From NCBI GenBank assembly GCA_963667175.2, contig CAXXXF010000004.1, forward strand, positions 1 to 64,000: DNA of 64,000 nt, written 5' to 3'. Origin of the DNA: Candidatus Latescibacterota bacterium (GTDB taxonomy: Bacteria; Latescibacterota; UBA2968; GCA-2709665). This document shows, piece by piece, positions 25,132-35,998 of this stretch (positions are counted from its first letter, which is position 1; each line of letters begins with the position of its first letter). The notes beneath the pieces are model-generated. The model had not been told where the DNA came from, did no database searches, and saw only the letters and a program-made list of their open reading frames with translations. The position numbers and the translations under genes are program-made.

Positions 25132-25216
25132 AATGGTAGTGTTTTTTTGGTCGGAGGGTGATGGAGCAGATGGAAATGAATCGATAGCACCGACGACGAA
25201 AATAACGCGTCGATGT

Positions 25217-25981
25217 TCAAGCCGCCAATTCCATTCTCGCGTCTTCACGCTGACTCCAAACCACTGGTCTGACGTCGTAGCTCCGTAGTGCGGCCATCAC
25301 TGTCTGATCGACCTTTCTTTCCGAATCGTTCAGAAATGCGTACACACGTGACCCCGGCGTGCGGACTTCCTTTGTGTCAATCCAAGCAAGTACAACGTTC
25401 TGAGCGGTTGAACGACTTGGGCGGTTGACTGTCTGTATGAGCCGCTCCGGCCGCTCCCGAGATTTCGGAATCACGAAATCAAAGAGATGATCATACCCCG
25501 TTTGACCTGTAAACTTCACCCTTGGCGTGTGGCGAATATCGCAGAGATCAAGCCAAGCTTCCACATCTTCATAAAAGATGTTCGCCACCGTGGGCGCCGC
25601 CATATAGAACATATCGTTGACGGCCAGCATCGCCTGTAAGAGATTGTGTTTTCGGATCGCAAAGTTGTCGGCTGATGCAAGGACCTGTAACTCACGTCCG
25701 TCTCTATGGACTCCAAAACCGTTGAGTGTCATTTGCAGCAGATCTTGCCGTTTGGGACTTTCGAGATTGCAACCACTTTGGGCAAGATCCTCAATTGTAT
25801 ATCCGTCATCCGTTAACACAAAGCCTCCGTTGGCATCTCTCGCATAGATCTGTAGGTAGTCGTTGTGTCTATCCAAATAAGGCGTGGTAATCTCGACCCA
25901 CTGGTCGATTTGGTTCAGGACTGTCTTGTCCTTGAGCCAAGCATAATAATCATCAATGAAAATCTGAATTTCTCGAATCAT
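25217..25981 (-). CDS. DUF1828/DUF1829-family protein
   Basis: [42 protein letters not shown]; start moved to ATG 25981. Confidence 0.85.
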   Translation of the reverse strand: MIREIQIFIDDYYAWLKDKTVLNQIDQWVEITTPYLDRHNDYLQIYARDANGGFVLTDDGYTIEDLAQSGCNLESPKRQDLLQMTLNGFGVHRDGRELQVLASADNFAIRKHNLLQAMLAVNDMFYMAAPTVANIFYEDVEAWLDLCDIRHTPRVKFTGQTGYDHLFDFVIPKSRERPERLIQTVNRPSRSTAQNVVLAWIDTKEVRTPGSRVYAFLNDSERKVDQTVMAALRSYDVRPVVWSQREDARMELAA

Positions 25982-26150
25982 GTAAAAAGCTCCCTTACGA
26001 CATTCGGCGGTCGCGTGACGTTGGAAAATTTCAGGAATCCAACAAACGTCACGGACCATTGGCGGCGTGAGGGCATATTGAACAGAAAAACGTCCGGGCG
26101 ATACTCTCAGTTCTTCCTCCGAATGTAGCCTTCACAAGATGTGAATTGAA
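25978..26150 (-). pseudogene. Probable remnant of the small partner gene (DUF6978-like) usually found upstream of DUF1828/1829
   Basis: Frame ending [26 protein letters not shown] overlaps the next ATG (ATGA); in-frame stop upstream; family assignment is from recalled similarity. Confidence 0.45.
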
Positions 26151-26170
26151 GAATGCATGTCCGAACCCTA

Positions 26171-27910
26171 CTATCGACGCAGTTTCGGCAAAAACTCCTT
26201 CAATTTCGTTAAGGCGTGTGTACACTCCTCCGCACTCGCACCGAAGATTCCGCTCGTTACGTACGGCGACCCATCCTGCAATGTTACAAGCGACTCTTCC
26301 ATCTCTTTGAAGACCGAACCTTGGTCTCGTCGGTATGCGAAAGCTCCCGGTGGCGCCCAGTACCTGTCATAGGGCTTGTAATGGGCGCAGCCAAGCGCCA
26401 TCAGTATCTCTAGCTTGTTGAATAAAAGTGTGTACTGATTAGTACCGGGTACGATTCGCTTGGCATGTGATCTTATTGCCTGGTGTATCCAGTCATTGAG
26501 TGGTGCATGGCTCCTTTCCATTCCTTGCAGTTTACACATTGCCTGTCTGCCATCCACAGAAAAACAAGAAGGTGGCAATAGCCTGACAGCGGGTAAATCC
26601 TCCTCGTATTTTCTGTGAATAGTTGTCCCAAACACGCTTCCAACAAAGCTAAGCCGACCAGCTTCGACCGCACCCAATCCCAGCGCGAATAACAAGAGCG
26701 TTGCCGGGTATTTTTCTAAATCAAGCCAGATGACATTTCCCCCGGTAGATGTCGTCGATCCAAGACGCTGCAGCGACCTTTGCCAAACTTGGTAGTGTTC
26801 CTCTTCTGCCCAATGACCACCCACCGCCGCCATTGCCAGCAGTGTTGAACAGGCGGCATCGTATTTGCGAACACGCTTGGTAATCGATTCACTATCTGGA
26901 GTCGAACCACCTTGCAGGGCGAAATCTTCGCCTGATGTCACGTCGATAACTCGCTCGACGGCGTCATGGATCAGATTTGATAACCGAATTCGGTATCGGG
27001 TATCCGGAAGATAGCGTTCCAGACTTGCTACTGCAGCCTCGGTGGAAAGCGGGTGGGGCTTAGAGTATTCTTCAATGGACTCTACATGTTGCTGAACAGC
27101 CGTGAAGAATGAATCAGCATCGTCAATCGGAACCATATCTGCTTCTCGATGCTCAATCAACCTTCGCGCCTCTTCGCCTGGTTCGCCCCTGGACGCCCAG
27201 TACGTGGTGAATCGGCGCGATGGCGCACGGATCAATGCGCTTCGCATTGCACCGTCCCATTCAGCCGACCATCCGCACACGATAAGGCCGAACTCGTCGA
27301 AGATCTGGTCCAAGAGTTTATCGTACTCCGGCGGATACTCATCAAGTTCGGCGGGGGTATTTCTTATGCGGGTATCGACATAATCGCCATTTACCTTGAA
27401 AACGCAACACTGCGTGTGTATCAATGGTAGGGCGCCCTCGACCTGATCGGACGAACTGAGGGTCGTCGGTACAACGCCAACATCATTCAGGGCGGTTTCG
27501 ACGAGACGGTCGAAATTCGTCGTGACGATAACCTTGATGAAACCTTTCGCGGCCAGTGCCGCGATAGCCCGATGCGCCGCTGTCGGCGCTTTAAACCCTT
27601 CCTGGCGCTCCTCGTCAGTCGGCTCAAAATATCCACGGAGCAACTGTTGTCGCTCGGCTTGCGTCCTCGCGAGTTCGTTGAGTAGATCTGAGTACGACGC
27701 CTCTTTGTCGAATTTCTCCACGTACCATCGTTCCGGATCCGGCTCGCATGTTTCGCCACTGAGTTTAGCCAGTTTGCGGATCAAATCCAGCGTGATCTCC
27801 CAGCCCGTCGGAATCTTCGCCGAGCGGGTTACCCCTGATCCCTCGAGAATGGCATATACACCAGGATTGGCCTGAATCGAGAATGACAGTGAGTGGATTG
27901 GATCTATCAA
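26171..27910 (-). CDS. SIR2-like (SIR2_2) domain protein with a helical C-terminal region
   Basis: GSGVTRSAKIPTGW, VTTNFDRL, KVNGD (family motif KxHGD), LIVCGWS..D. Confidence 0.88.
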   Translation of the reverse strand: MIDPIHSLSFSIQANPGVYAILEGSGVTRSAKIPTGWEITLDLIRKLAKLSGETCEPDPERWYVEKFDKEASYSDLLNELARTQAERQQLLRGYFEPTDEERQEGFKAPTAAHRAIAALAAKGFIKVIVTTNFDRLVETALNDVGVVPTTLSSSDQVEGALPLIHTQCCVFKVNGDYVDTRIRNTPAELDEYPPEYDKLLDQIFDEFGLIVCGWSAEWDGAMRSALIRAPSRRFTTYWASRGEPGEEARRLIEHREADMVPIDDADSFFTAVQQHVESIEEYSKPHPLSTEAAVASLERYLPDTRYRIRLSNLIHDAVERVIDVTSGEDFALQGGSTPDSESITKRVRKYDAACSTLLAMAAVGGHWAEEEHYQVWQRSLQRLGSTTSTGGNVIWLDLEKYPATLLLFALGLGAVEAGRLSFVGSVFGTTIHRKYEEDLPAVRLLPPSCFSVDGRQAMCKLQGMERSHAPLNDWIHQAIRSHAKRIVPGTNQYTLLFNKLEILMALGCAHYKPYDRYWAPPGAFAYRRDQGSVFKEMEESLVTLQDGSPYVTSGIFGASAEECTHALTKLKEFLPKLRR

Positions 27911-28137
27911 GGTGTGTTAATCCCCAACTGGTTATTGCTTCATGAGACTTGACCGTCCAAAAAAAACCAAATCCGTGTTGGACCAGGAATAGAACGATCA
28001 GCACTTGCGCTGAGCAAACGCTTCGCCAAAACAGACGACTGAATCCACGGCAACACGGCGATAATCGGTCTATCGGAACTTGGTCCACCTGCACGGATCC
28101 TCTCAACTTCCACATCTTTCTGCCAGCGTTACGTGGT

Positions 28138-28584
28138 TCATCTACTCTCTTCGAGTTTGCGTTTTATTCGTCGCATACAGACGTCCGGGGCTTTTGCCAG
28201 ACGACACTCCCAAATGCGGATGACTTTCCATCCCAACTGGCGAAGGAGACGGTTTGCCCGCCGGTCTCGAGCCTGGGTTCGTGTAATCTTGTCATGCCAC
28301 GCTTTCGGATTTGTCTTCGACGTCAAGTTTCTGCAATTGTGCCCGTGCCAAAAACAGCCGTCCACAAAGACAGCGACCTTCTCCTTCAAAAATGCGAAAT
28401 CTGGTCGTCCCGGAAGCGGTTGGTTTCGTCTCCATCCAGGTAAACGCCACTCGCGCAAGAGACGTGCAAGGCGTTCTTCGGTCGTTTTATTACCCTTGCT
28501 ACGCACGCGGGTCATCAGTTCACCACGACGCAAACCGCCAAACGTCGTACGTTCCTTTCTTGGGTCACCGGGCCAATGACTCAT
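28138..28584 (-). CDS. vsr: Very-short-patch repair endonuclease
   Basis: M.RVRSKGNKTTE, GRPDF, FVDGCFWHGH, GWKVIRIWEC. Confidence 0.95.
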   Translation of the reverse strand: MSHWPGDPRKERTTFGGLRRGELMTRVRSKGNKTTEERLARLLREWRLPGWRRNQPLPGRPDFAFLKEKVAVFVDGCFWHGHNCRNLTSKTNPKAWHDKITRTQARDRRANRLLRQLGWKVIRIWECRLAKAPDVCMRRIKRKLEESR

Positions 28585-28598
28585 GGTCTCGCACCACG

Positions 28599-29687
28599 TT
28601 AATTTTCGGGTAATTCCCCAATTACGGAATGGACCTTCTGCGCAGCTAATTTTGCATATAAAGGGGGAACCGCATTGCCAATAAGATCACAAACTCTCTC
28701 CATGCTATCCGTGGTGAATCTGTAATTTTCGGGAAACGTCTGAAGCAGCGCTGCTTCTCGAACGGAGATCGTGTATCTGGATTTATCGGGATGGCCGAAA
28801 CGGCCTTTGGATGCCGTGGTACACCCACCGGTTATGGTGGGAGAGACCTGGTCCCACGCCATCCTTCCATACGTATTTGTGAAACCCCGATAGTCGCTTC
28901 GGTGACATTTCGGACGTACCGATTCATCAATTGCCAACCACGTTTTACCTGGTTCCGCGGCTTCTAATCTTTTCTTGACCTGAGGTTGAAGATTTCTAAC
29001 TACGTGCCAGTTATGAGACTGAGGTCCACCATTCCCGCGTGCTGCCTTTAACGTGATGGGTGCTCCCAAATGGCCGATCGCTTGCTCTACCGTTTTCCAC
29101 GGCCGCAGCCCGGATCCATCCTCCGGGACACGAGCATGAGTGGGTTCCGGTAACGGAACTTCGAATCCAAGTCCTGCTACGAGGACCAGTCGCCGTCGGG
29201 ACTGCGGTACTCCAAAATCGGCCATCTGTTCAACCCGCCAACTGTACTTGTATCCAAGATCGTCCATGACGCCAAGGAACTGATCGAAAATTCCCTTGCC
29301 CCGATTTAGGACGCCAGGGACGTTTTCCATAAATACCGAACGTGGAAGAATCGCTTCGATGACGTCGGCCATCGCAAGTAGAAGCTCATTTCGCGGGTCG
29401 GCTTCCTGGTATTTGCTTGTAAGCGAACAGAAACCCTGACAGGGTGCGCAACCCGCCAGAAGCGAAATTCGGTCGCTACCGGCCGCCTCCAAGAGAGCCG
29501 AACCGGACACGTCGCGAATATCGCTTGTCAGCAACTGTGTTCGTGGATGGTTCCGTTTGTAGGTTTTCGCCGCGTCAGAGTCTATTTCAACGGCTGCCGC
29601 GACGTTGAATCCCGCATTGCGGATGCCTTTTGTCAACCCGCCGCACCCGGCGAATAGATCGATTGCAATTGGTCTTGCTGTGCTCAT
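28599..29687 (-). CDS. dcm: DNA (cytosine-5)-methyltransferase
   Basis: [41 protein letters not shown]. Confidence 0.96.
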   Translation of the reverse strand: MSTARPIAIDLFAGCGGLTKGIRNAGFNVAAAVEIDSDAAKTYKRNHPRTQLLTSDIRDVSGSALLEAAGSDRISLLAGCAPCQGFCSLTSKYQEADPRNELLLAMADVIEAILPRSVFMENVPGVLNRGKGIFDQFLGVMDDLGYKYSWRVEQMADFGVPQSRRRLVLVAGLGFEVPLPEPTHARVPEDGSGLRPWKTVEQAIGHLGAPITLKAARGNGGPQSHNWHVVRNLQPQVKKRLEAAEPGKTWLAIDESVRPKCHRSDYRGFTNTYGRMAWDQVSPTITGGCTTASKGRFGHPDKSRYTISVREAALLQTFPENYRFTTDSMERVCDLIGNAVPPLYAKLAAQKVHSVIGELPEN

Positions 29688-31681
29688 TGTTCTGCCTGTT
29701 CTCTTCCAGTCTCAATTGATGCGGACGTTGATTCTTCTGCCAATTTCACGATTCTAGGGTCATCCGCGGGAACACGCGTCCTTACCACATCGAGAAACTC
29801 CGAGTGCAGAATTTCTGCTGCGCTTAGAAGATTATTCCAGCTACGTATATCGAACGTTCCTGCTTTTTGATGGGTCTGCGCGTGGATTTCGTCTTCTTTT
29901 CGTATGCGGTCAGCTATCAACAACCCACCCACGGTAGTACGACGGTTTGCTTCATCAGCCTCATCCTGGAGCCTTCTTTGCAGGAATAACACGTAATCTC
30001 GCAATTGGTCGAATTCCTGTCGTCCAACCATAGCTCCAGGTCGTTTTGTTTCAACGACATATGCCGTCTTAAACCTATCCCCAAGACAAAAGAAATCAAG
30101 TCGTCTCCTTCCTTCACTGCTACCAATGTTACCGATACCGTATTCTTCTGCAATTAGCCCGTCGAGCGTCTTTTCGTGAGCCAGAGATGCCCACTTCGGA
30201 TCGATCAGCCACGGGTGACCACGTACGTAGTCCTGCATATCCGGTTTTTCCGGAACTTTATCGCGGATCATTTCTTTAAACTTGCGGATAATTTCAACTC
30301 GGCCCTTCACGAGATTTGCAGTGTTGACGAGTTCAATGATGTCCCACTCTGAAAGAACTTCGCTGAATTTTTCGTATTCACTGGGAGAAGCTGCATTCAA
30401 TCGTCGTATCGCATCGAGAAAACTTCGATTCGTCAGCGCATTGTAGGCGAATTCCACAAGCTCATCTGCTATATCCCTTCCCTCTTGGTCCTTATCGAGT
30501 TGAGGTATAGCACAAATTCGGTCAACCACTTTCGTGAATATCTGACGTTCTCTTTCAGGCAATTTTTCCGCCTGTCGCAGATAATCCGACACTTTGGGAC
30601 TCTTCCGCTTTGCTTCTCGTCTCTTATCAGACCAGGTTTCCAACAACTCCCTGATCTTGCTTCTTCCCCATTCCTTCAACGGTACTGCCGCAGGATCCTC
30701 CCATCGTACAGTACCTCGATCAGTGGCAATCAAATCTACACTTTCGTCCAAAAAATCAGCTTGAACCTCGCCAGTGAAATATTGCATACCGTGCTGACCC
30801 CACACGCCACCACTAAGGTCGAAAAACCACGGCGTCTGAGCCAGTTTGCCTCTCACGTACACGACAAAGCCACGCTGTTCTTCGTCGGGTATTGTATCCT
30901 TGCAAAATCCCGCCCACCACTGAAATTGCTGTCCGTTCGAAAGTTCATCGGTTTGCCATGTGCCTGGATCTCCAGGAAATCTGAATTGAAATGGAATCTC
31001 TTGTCTCGATATTTGTGAATCATTTACATGGACAGTAAAAGATTCGTCAATCACAAGGAGTCGCCTTGCAATACTCTTGATAAATCGTTCTTCGTTAATC
31101 GATCGCCTGAGCTTAAGCCTCGATAGCCTAACCGTTGTACCGGTCTGGTCATCGGTTTCTCCGCCGTCATCTTGCAGTCGTATGGGTGTATAACCTTCCC
31201 GATCTGCAAAATTCGAACTCCGAGTTAGTTGGTCATAATCCAGTCTAAAATGGGCCACTTGCCCATCCTTAATCGATCGGACGTCGATCAAGTTCGCAAT
31301 ACCGAATCCGGCAAGCTTTCCGATACCCTTTCTTCCCTGAACTTTCCGTGAGGCTAGCCCATTGTACTCCTCAGTCCACTCATCGTGATCTGATCGTCTG
31401 TCTCTTCCTACGGTCAGATAGCGGGCGTTACACTCATTAAAACTCATACCGTGTCCATCGTCCTTCACTACAATTTCGTCACTTGATGTGATCGCGGTTT
31501 GAGTCGGTAGTTCGATCCAGACGTTTCTCGCCATGGCATCGTATGCGTTCGAGATGAGTTCTGAAATTGCCGGGACTGCCCCTGAATACATCTGCAAACC
31601 GAGATGTTTGAACAACTGACCGGCAACGGTCATCTTGTATTCACGCCCATTCCGTGAAGTCGGCGTTTCTTGTTTATTCAT
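29684..31681 (-). CDS. GHKL (MORC/MutL-like) ATPase fused to a C-terminal PD-(D/E)XK-type nuclease; probable restriction component
   Basis: [30 protein letters not shown]; C-terminal RLDFF...VVETKRP...QLRDY; stop overlaps the MTase start. Confidence 0.85.
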   Translation of the reverse strand: MNKQETPTSRNGREYKMTVAGQLFKHLGLQMYSGAVPAISELISNAYDAMARNVWIELPTQTAITSSDEIVVKDDGHGMSFNECNARYLTVGRDRRSDHDEWTEEYNGLASRKVQGRKGIGKLAGFGIANLIDVRSIKDGQVAHFRLDYDQLTRSSNFADREGYTPIRLQDDGGETDDQTGTTVRLSRLKLRRSINEERFIKSIARRLLVIDESFTVHVNDSQISRQEIPFQFRFPGDPGTWQTDELSNGQQFQWWAGFCKDTIPDEEQRGFVVYVRGKLAQTPWFFDLSGGVWGQHGMQYFTGEVQADFLDESVDLIATDRGTVRWEDPAAVPLKEWGRSKIRELLETWSDKRREAKRKSPKVSDYLRQAEKLPERERQIFTKVVDRICAIPQLDKDQEGRDIADELVEFAYNALTNRSFLDAIRRLNAASPSEYEKFSEVLSEWDIIELVNTANLVKGRVEIIRKFKEMIRDKVPEKPDMQDYVRGHPWLIDPKWASLAHEKTLDGLIAEEYGIGNIGSSEGRRRLDFFCLGDRFKTAYVVETKRPGAMVGRQEFDQLRDYVLFLQRRLQDEADEANRRTTVGGLLIADRIRKEDEIHAQTHQKAGTFDIRSWNNLLSAAEILHSEFLDVVRTRVPADDPRIVKLAEESTSASIETGREQAEQ

Positions 31682-31952
31682 GGAAGAATCCCAATTATAG
31701 CGAACAAGAATCTCGTTACCGTCGGCAGCAACTCTTATTTCTGCCGGTTAAAATTATCGGGAATTTATCCCGAGAAAACAGATGTTTCAAACGTATCCCA
31801 AATACTGGCATTGCGCCGAAATTCTCAGCTTGCAAAACGTAACGGCGTTTTGTTCAGGTCTTCGAATCCCGATAGTACCATTATTGTAGCCACAGTTTTG
31901 GCGCCGGTCAAGGATTGCCGGTAAATCTTCTCGCGATTGGGTATCCACCCAC

Positions 31953-32232
31953 TGCTGTCCAAGAACCGTCGGATTCCCAGAGATAAGGTTCGAAAAATGG
32001 CTACAATAGGCGATTTTGGACGGGTTTGACCCGGATAATGAAAACCAGGTTTGCCATCGTCTGCGCAATGCTGTCCAAGAACAAGGTGACGTTTCCAGCG
32101 GCCATAATTGTGCTGTTTCCGTCTCAATAAGCCCGTGAAATAAGCACTTTGTGAATCTCAGGCAATCTTGGTCGAGGGATTGCTTCGCGGAAGTGAACCA
32201 GATGCTGTCCAAGACTGAAACCGATTTTGGAC
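31953..32232. repeat. Cluster of repeated TGCTGTCCAAGA and CGATTTTGGAC boxes
   Basis: TGCTGTCCAAGA at 31953, 32069 and 32203; CGATTTTGGAC at 32011 and 32222. Confidence 0.6.
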
Positions 32233-32248
32233 AGGTGTGGTATCCACC

Positions 32249-35041
32249 CTAACGCCGGGCTGTTGTTCGCCCCCGCCGCTTCGGTTTCGCCTTGGCCGCA
32301 AGCGGCGCGACTATTTTTTCATACAGCCCCAGCAAATGTTCCACGCGCTCACGCTCAGAAGCGAAGCCCGTACGCCGGTATAGTCTATCGACGGCGCTGT
32401 CCAGCCTCTGGTGCGCCTTGCGAAGGTCAGGAGGCATCAAGTCGGGGTCGTACAGGTCGGCAAGCGTCGCGTCAGGATGATTCGCGCGAGCGGATAGAAC
32501 GGCGTAGGCGTGGGTTGCAAGCCGTTTCAGGCGTTCTGGCGGTACGGGGGGCATCGGAAACGTATTGTACACGATGCCGATTCCGTATGAAAAGTCACTT
32601 TTGAGCCTTCCTCCGATATTCCTGACCCATGCCATGTGCAATGTCGATGTTAATAGTCCGAATTGCCAAAGGGAGGCGTTTAGCAGTACACGTATCTTAT
32701 TGCTCGGAATCACAGGAGGTTCCAGCCATGCAATCGGAATATAGTCGCGCCGTTCGGAGCTGACTTCCGGCACCACCATGAAAGGGGCCGCTGGAATGAC
32801 GTTGACGTGGTAGAGCTTTGGCGTCATTGCAAGTGTGCGGGTAGGCGCGCTCCTGCTCGCTAACCGATAGTCGCGAACGGCAGCTATGCGTTCCCTGACT
32901 TTCGGTAGTGTCTTGAGTATCTGAGGAGGAACGTCGGCGAGGTGAAGAATCCAGCGCATTCCACCCTGGAGAAACTCGCGGCTGCCGACGAACGGGCGCA
33001 AATACGGTTCAGCGGCCGGTTCATCGCGGAGGAAAGCGGCGCGTTCGTCTGCCTTGAAGATATAATGCCCACCATCGATCGGCTTGGAGCCGATGATCAG
33101 CTTCGGCAGCCCATTGACAGGTAGATGTGACTCCCTTACCACGACTCGCGGATTGGTCAAACTTCCCGCGTCGAAGAGGTAGGGCGAGAGTGCGGTGTGT
33201 TGGCTCTGTTGCGGATCACCATTGGCTGTCTCGTACGAAAACAGACGTTTCTGTCGCGGTGAATCGTCGCGCTTCGTCAATCCAATGATGACGACGTGAA
33301 CGTGCGCCATCCCGCGTGCGTCCGATCCCCAGGCAAAGGTACGGTGGGCAAAGGCGATTTCGAGTTTGCAACGGTCAAACAGGACCGGCCAGAGTTGTGA
33401 GACCTGCTCGCCCTGCGTGATCGAATTGGTGGCCACAAAACCGATTCGTGCCTCGCTATTCTGCACGTATTCCCCAGCCTTGATGAACCACGCGGTCACA
33501 TAGTCGAGCGTGCCGCCGCTCTTCCCCAGCGCGGCGAGGCGGCGCACCTGCTCTCGCTGCTCGTCCGACTGAAACTTGGCGCCTATGAACGGCGGATTCC
33601 CCAGAACGAAGGAACATTCCTCCGGGGGCAGAAGTTCGGACCAATCGAATTCGAGCGCATTGCCCTGCCGGATGTGCGGCGACTTCGCCAGTGGGATGCG
33701 TGCGAAAGTCTCACCAAACTCAAGGCTCAAACGGACATTCATGATGTGATCCATCATCCAAAGCGCTACTTCGGCGATGCGCGCTGGAAACTCCCCTAAC
33801 TCGATGCCGAAGAACTGGTCCACGTTGACAATAACAAGCTGTGTTGGAAAGACGTCGGTTTGGGTTTTCGGGTGAATCTCTCTTAAAACCTCGATTTCCA
33901 ATGCGCGCAATTCGCGGTACGCGACAATGAGAAAATTGCCGCAGCCGCAGGCCGGGTCGAGAATGCGCAGGTCGCGGAGCCTCTGCCGGAACGTGTGAAG
34001 CGCGGGAATCCGGCGCGTATCACGACGGGCCTTCAATTTGCGAAACTCTTCCCGCAATTCGTCGAGGAACAGCGGCTCGATGACCTTGAGGATGTTCTGT
34101 TCCGTCGTATAGTGGGCACCCTGCCGGCGACGTTGGTCCTTGTCCATTACCGACTGGAATAACGAGCCGAAAATTGCCGGCGAGATGTTCGACCAATTGA
34201 AATTGCAGGCGTCAATCAGCTTTTCGCGCATCTCAGAATTGAATGACGGGATGGGCAATGGGTCACGAAACAGGTCGCCGTTGACGTATGGGAAGCGGTC
34301 GAGGTCTTCATCGAGCGTGGTAGGGCGCTGTTCTTCGTGGGTGTTGAGAACCTGGAACAAGTGCATGAGGCGGCTTCCGAGATCCGTCCCGTCAACATTC
34401 GTACGGTTTTCCAGGTAATCGAGAAAGACGTCGCGCGGCTCGAAGATGCCAGTGTCGTCCGCAAAGAAGCAGAAGACAATGCGAACGAGGAATTGCTCCA
34501 GGTCGTGTCCGGTGTAGCCGGATGCAGCCAGCGCGTCATGGAGAAGACCGACGCGTTCCGCCGCCGCGATGTTGACCGGATCCTGATCCTTAAAGGTCCG
34601 CTTCTGAACACCGAGGATAAAGCCGAACTTTTCAACATGATCAGGAAGGTCGGCGAGCGAGAAACGAACTTCCTCGCGTTCATCCCGGTCGATCAGATCG
34701 AACGTCTGGAAGTCACACTGCAACTGGTAACGAGGTCTTTCGTGCTCCTGCAAGGCGTCGAAATAGGCATCCGCCTGCTCTCGCGCCTTCTCCAGATCGA
34801 CACCCGCGCTCTTCTGCTCGACAAGCAATACGCCCGGCCAGAACAGATCGATGAATCCTCTGGAATCATCCACGCGCTGGACATGCTCCTCATAGCGGGC
34901 GACCGTACGGCGTTTCACGCCGAAAATCTCGAAGAATTCGTTGTAGAAACTTTGAGTCTCGCCCTTCTCGTATCCCGAATCCTTCCACTCATCAGCAAAT
35001 CGGGAGGCACGAGAGCGGATTTCATTCCACGATAGACGCAT
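32249..35041 (-). CDS. MmeI/YeeA-like Type IIL/IIG fused restriction endonuclease-adenine methyltransferase
   Basis: N-terminal IDLFWPGVLLVEQKS, GAHYT, LDPACGCGNFL, GNPPF, C-terminal TLADLYDP..H..LD.AVD..Y. Confidence 0.92.
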   Translation of the reverse strand: MRLSWNEIRSRASRFADEWKDSGYEKGETQSFYNEFFEIFGVKRRTVARYEEHVQRVDDSRGFIDLFWPGVLLVEQKSAGVDLEKAREQADAYFDALQEHERPRYQLQCDFQTFDLIDRDEREEVRFSLADLPDHVEKFGFILGVQKRTFKDQDPVNIAAAERVGLLHDALAASGYTGHDLEQFLVRIVFCFFADDTGIFEPRDVFLDYLENRTNVDGTDLGSRLMHLFQVLNTHEEQRPTTLDEDLDRFPYVNGDLFRDPLPIPSFNSEMREKLIDACNFNWSNISPAIFGSLFQSVMDKDQRRRQGAHYTTEQNILKVIEPLFLDELREEFRKLKARRDTRRIPALHTFRQRLRDLRILDPACGCGNFLIVAYRELRALEIEVLREIHPKTQTDVFPTQLVIVNVDQFFGIELGEFPARIAEVALWMMDHIMNVRLSLEFGETFARIPLAKSPHIRQGNALEFDWSELLPPEECSFVLGNPPFIGAKFQSDEQREQVRRLAALGKSGGTLDYVTAWFIKAGEYVQNSEARIGFVATNSITQGEQVSQLWPVLFDRCKLEIAFAHRTFAWGSDARGMAHVHVVIIGLTKRDDSPRQKRLFSYETANGDPQQSQHTALSPYLFDAGSLTNPRVVVRESHLPVNGLPKLIIGSKPIDGGHYIFKADERAAFLRDEPAAEPYLRPFVGSREFLQGGMRWILHLADVPPQILKTLPKVRERIAAVRDYRLASRSAPTRTLAMTPKLYHVNVIPAAPFMVVPEVSSERRDYIPIAWLEPPVIPSNKIRVLLNASLWQFGLLTSTLHMAWVRNIGGRLKSDFSYGIGIVYNTFPMPPVPPERLKRLATHAYAVLSARANHPDATLADLYDPDLMPPDLRKAHQRLDSAVDRLYRRTGFASERERVEHLLGLYEKIVAPLAAKAKPKRRGRTTARR

Positions 35042-35175
35042 TTGGACATGTTCTCTTTTTTCTGAGAAACCGGATTAACGGAGATTGACGTCGTAATGTG
35101 CCGATTTTACTACACGGGACATCACGGACGCCTGGTGCTGTGTAAGACAAATCAGCCCCGAGAAATCTACGGTCG

Positions 35176-35269
35176 TTGCCTGTCACCTATTGCCGACAAT
35201 GTCGTTTGACGGCCACTTTTCGACGTTATTGACCGACAACAGATGTTGTGGGACATAAGTGACCGTCAA
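35176..35269. repeat. 94-bp six-box palindromic element, copy A
   Basis: Alternating 10-bp boxes (TTGYCGGYCA / TGRCCGACAA-like) with spacers 4-6-14-6-4. Confidence 0.85.
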
Positions 35270-35327
35270 AGGGCTCTTCTTTCTTCCAGGTCACACACGC
35301 ATGGGGACGCGCGACGAAATCAAACCG

Positions 35328-35381
35328 TTGCCGGTCATTGATGGCCGACAACTGGCGTTGTAGGACATAAGTGGCCGTCAA
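35328..35381. repeat. 54-bp four-box derivative of the palindromic element, copy B
   Basis: ttgccggtca-4-tggccgacaa-6-ttgtaggaca-4-tggccgtcaa; contains the DUF4276 stop codon. Confidence 0.85.
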
Positions 35382-35998
35382 AACACGCTTCTTTCCTCCG
35401 CAAGCCCCATCAGCACGTTGATAAATCGTTTTGCGTGGGGCGATGCACTTGTGACTTTCGTTGGGTCGATTATCGCGAGGATTTCAAAACTGTGTCTTCC
35501 TTTGTCATAGGTGCCTTTCCTGGTGTTACGGGCAGCACGACGAATTCCGTCGTCTACATCTTTCTTTGGTACCTCTTCAATTTCCGGATTCCGCGGAAGC
35601 GCGTTTGCCTGGAAGCCCTGGCCGTAGTATTCTCCAAGGGCTGTGCGATCTGCAAGAAACCAGGACTCCATCGCTTGCACCATCAAATGGCATTGGTCGT
35701 CCTTCGCGCCGTCGGGTCGGTCCCAGTCATCACGATCCTTGAGGTGCTGCCACGGTCCCGGTTTCCGGACCGGCTCTTCAGCGTCTACTAAGAGCAGAGC
35801 ATATTCGCTTTCATTTGCAGCATCTTTGCTTCTTTTTGCAAAACGGCTGAACGCGTTCGTACGACTGCCGCCGGCTACGAATTCAGGCATATTTCCCTGT
35901 AATCCGGATTTCTCGATGAACCTCATAAAGCCCCTGCGACAGGCGCTGCTTGTGGTCTTTTTATTGCCACCGCCTTCCACGTATACCTTTATTTTCAC
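35378..35998 (-). CDS. DUF4276-family (TOPRIM-like) protein
   Basis: IKVYVEGGG, LLVDAE, MVQAMESWFLAD, YDKGRHS; GTG start overlaps the ATPase stop. Confidence 0.88.
   Translation of the reverse strand: MKIKVYVEGGGNKKTTSSACRRGFMRFIEKSGLQGNMPEFVAGGSRTNAFSRFAKRSKDAANESEYALLLVDAEEPVRKPGPWQHLKDRDDWDRPDGAKDDQCHLMVQAMESWFLADRTALGEYYGQGFQANALPRNPEIEEVPKKDVDDGIRRAARNTRKGTYDKGRHSFEILAIIDPTKVTSASPHAKRFINVLMGLAEERSVF

Noticed and set aside
31787-32212. ORFs 31787-32212 and 31825-32127
   Set aside because: No recognisable motifs or RBS; they overlap a repeat-bearing spacer and are treated as non-coding.
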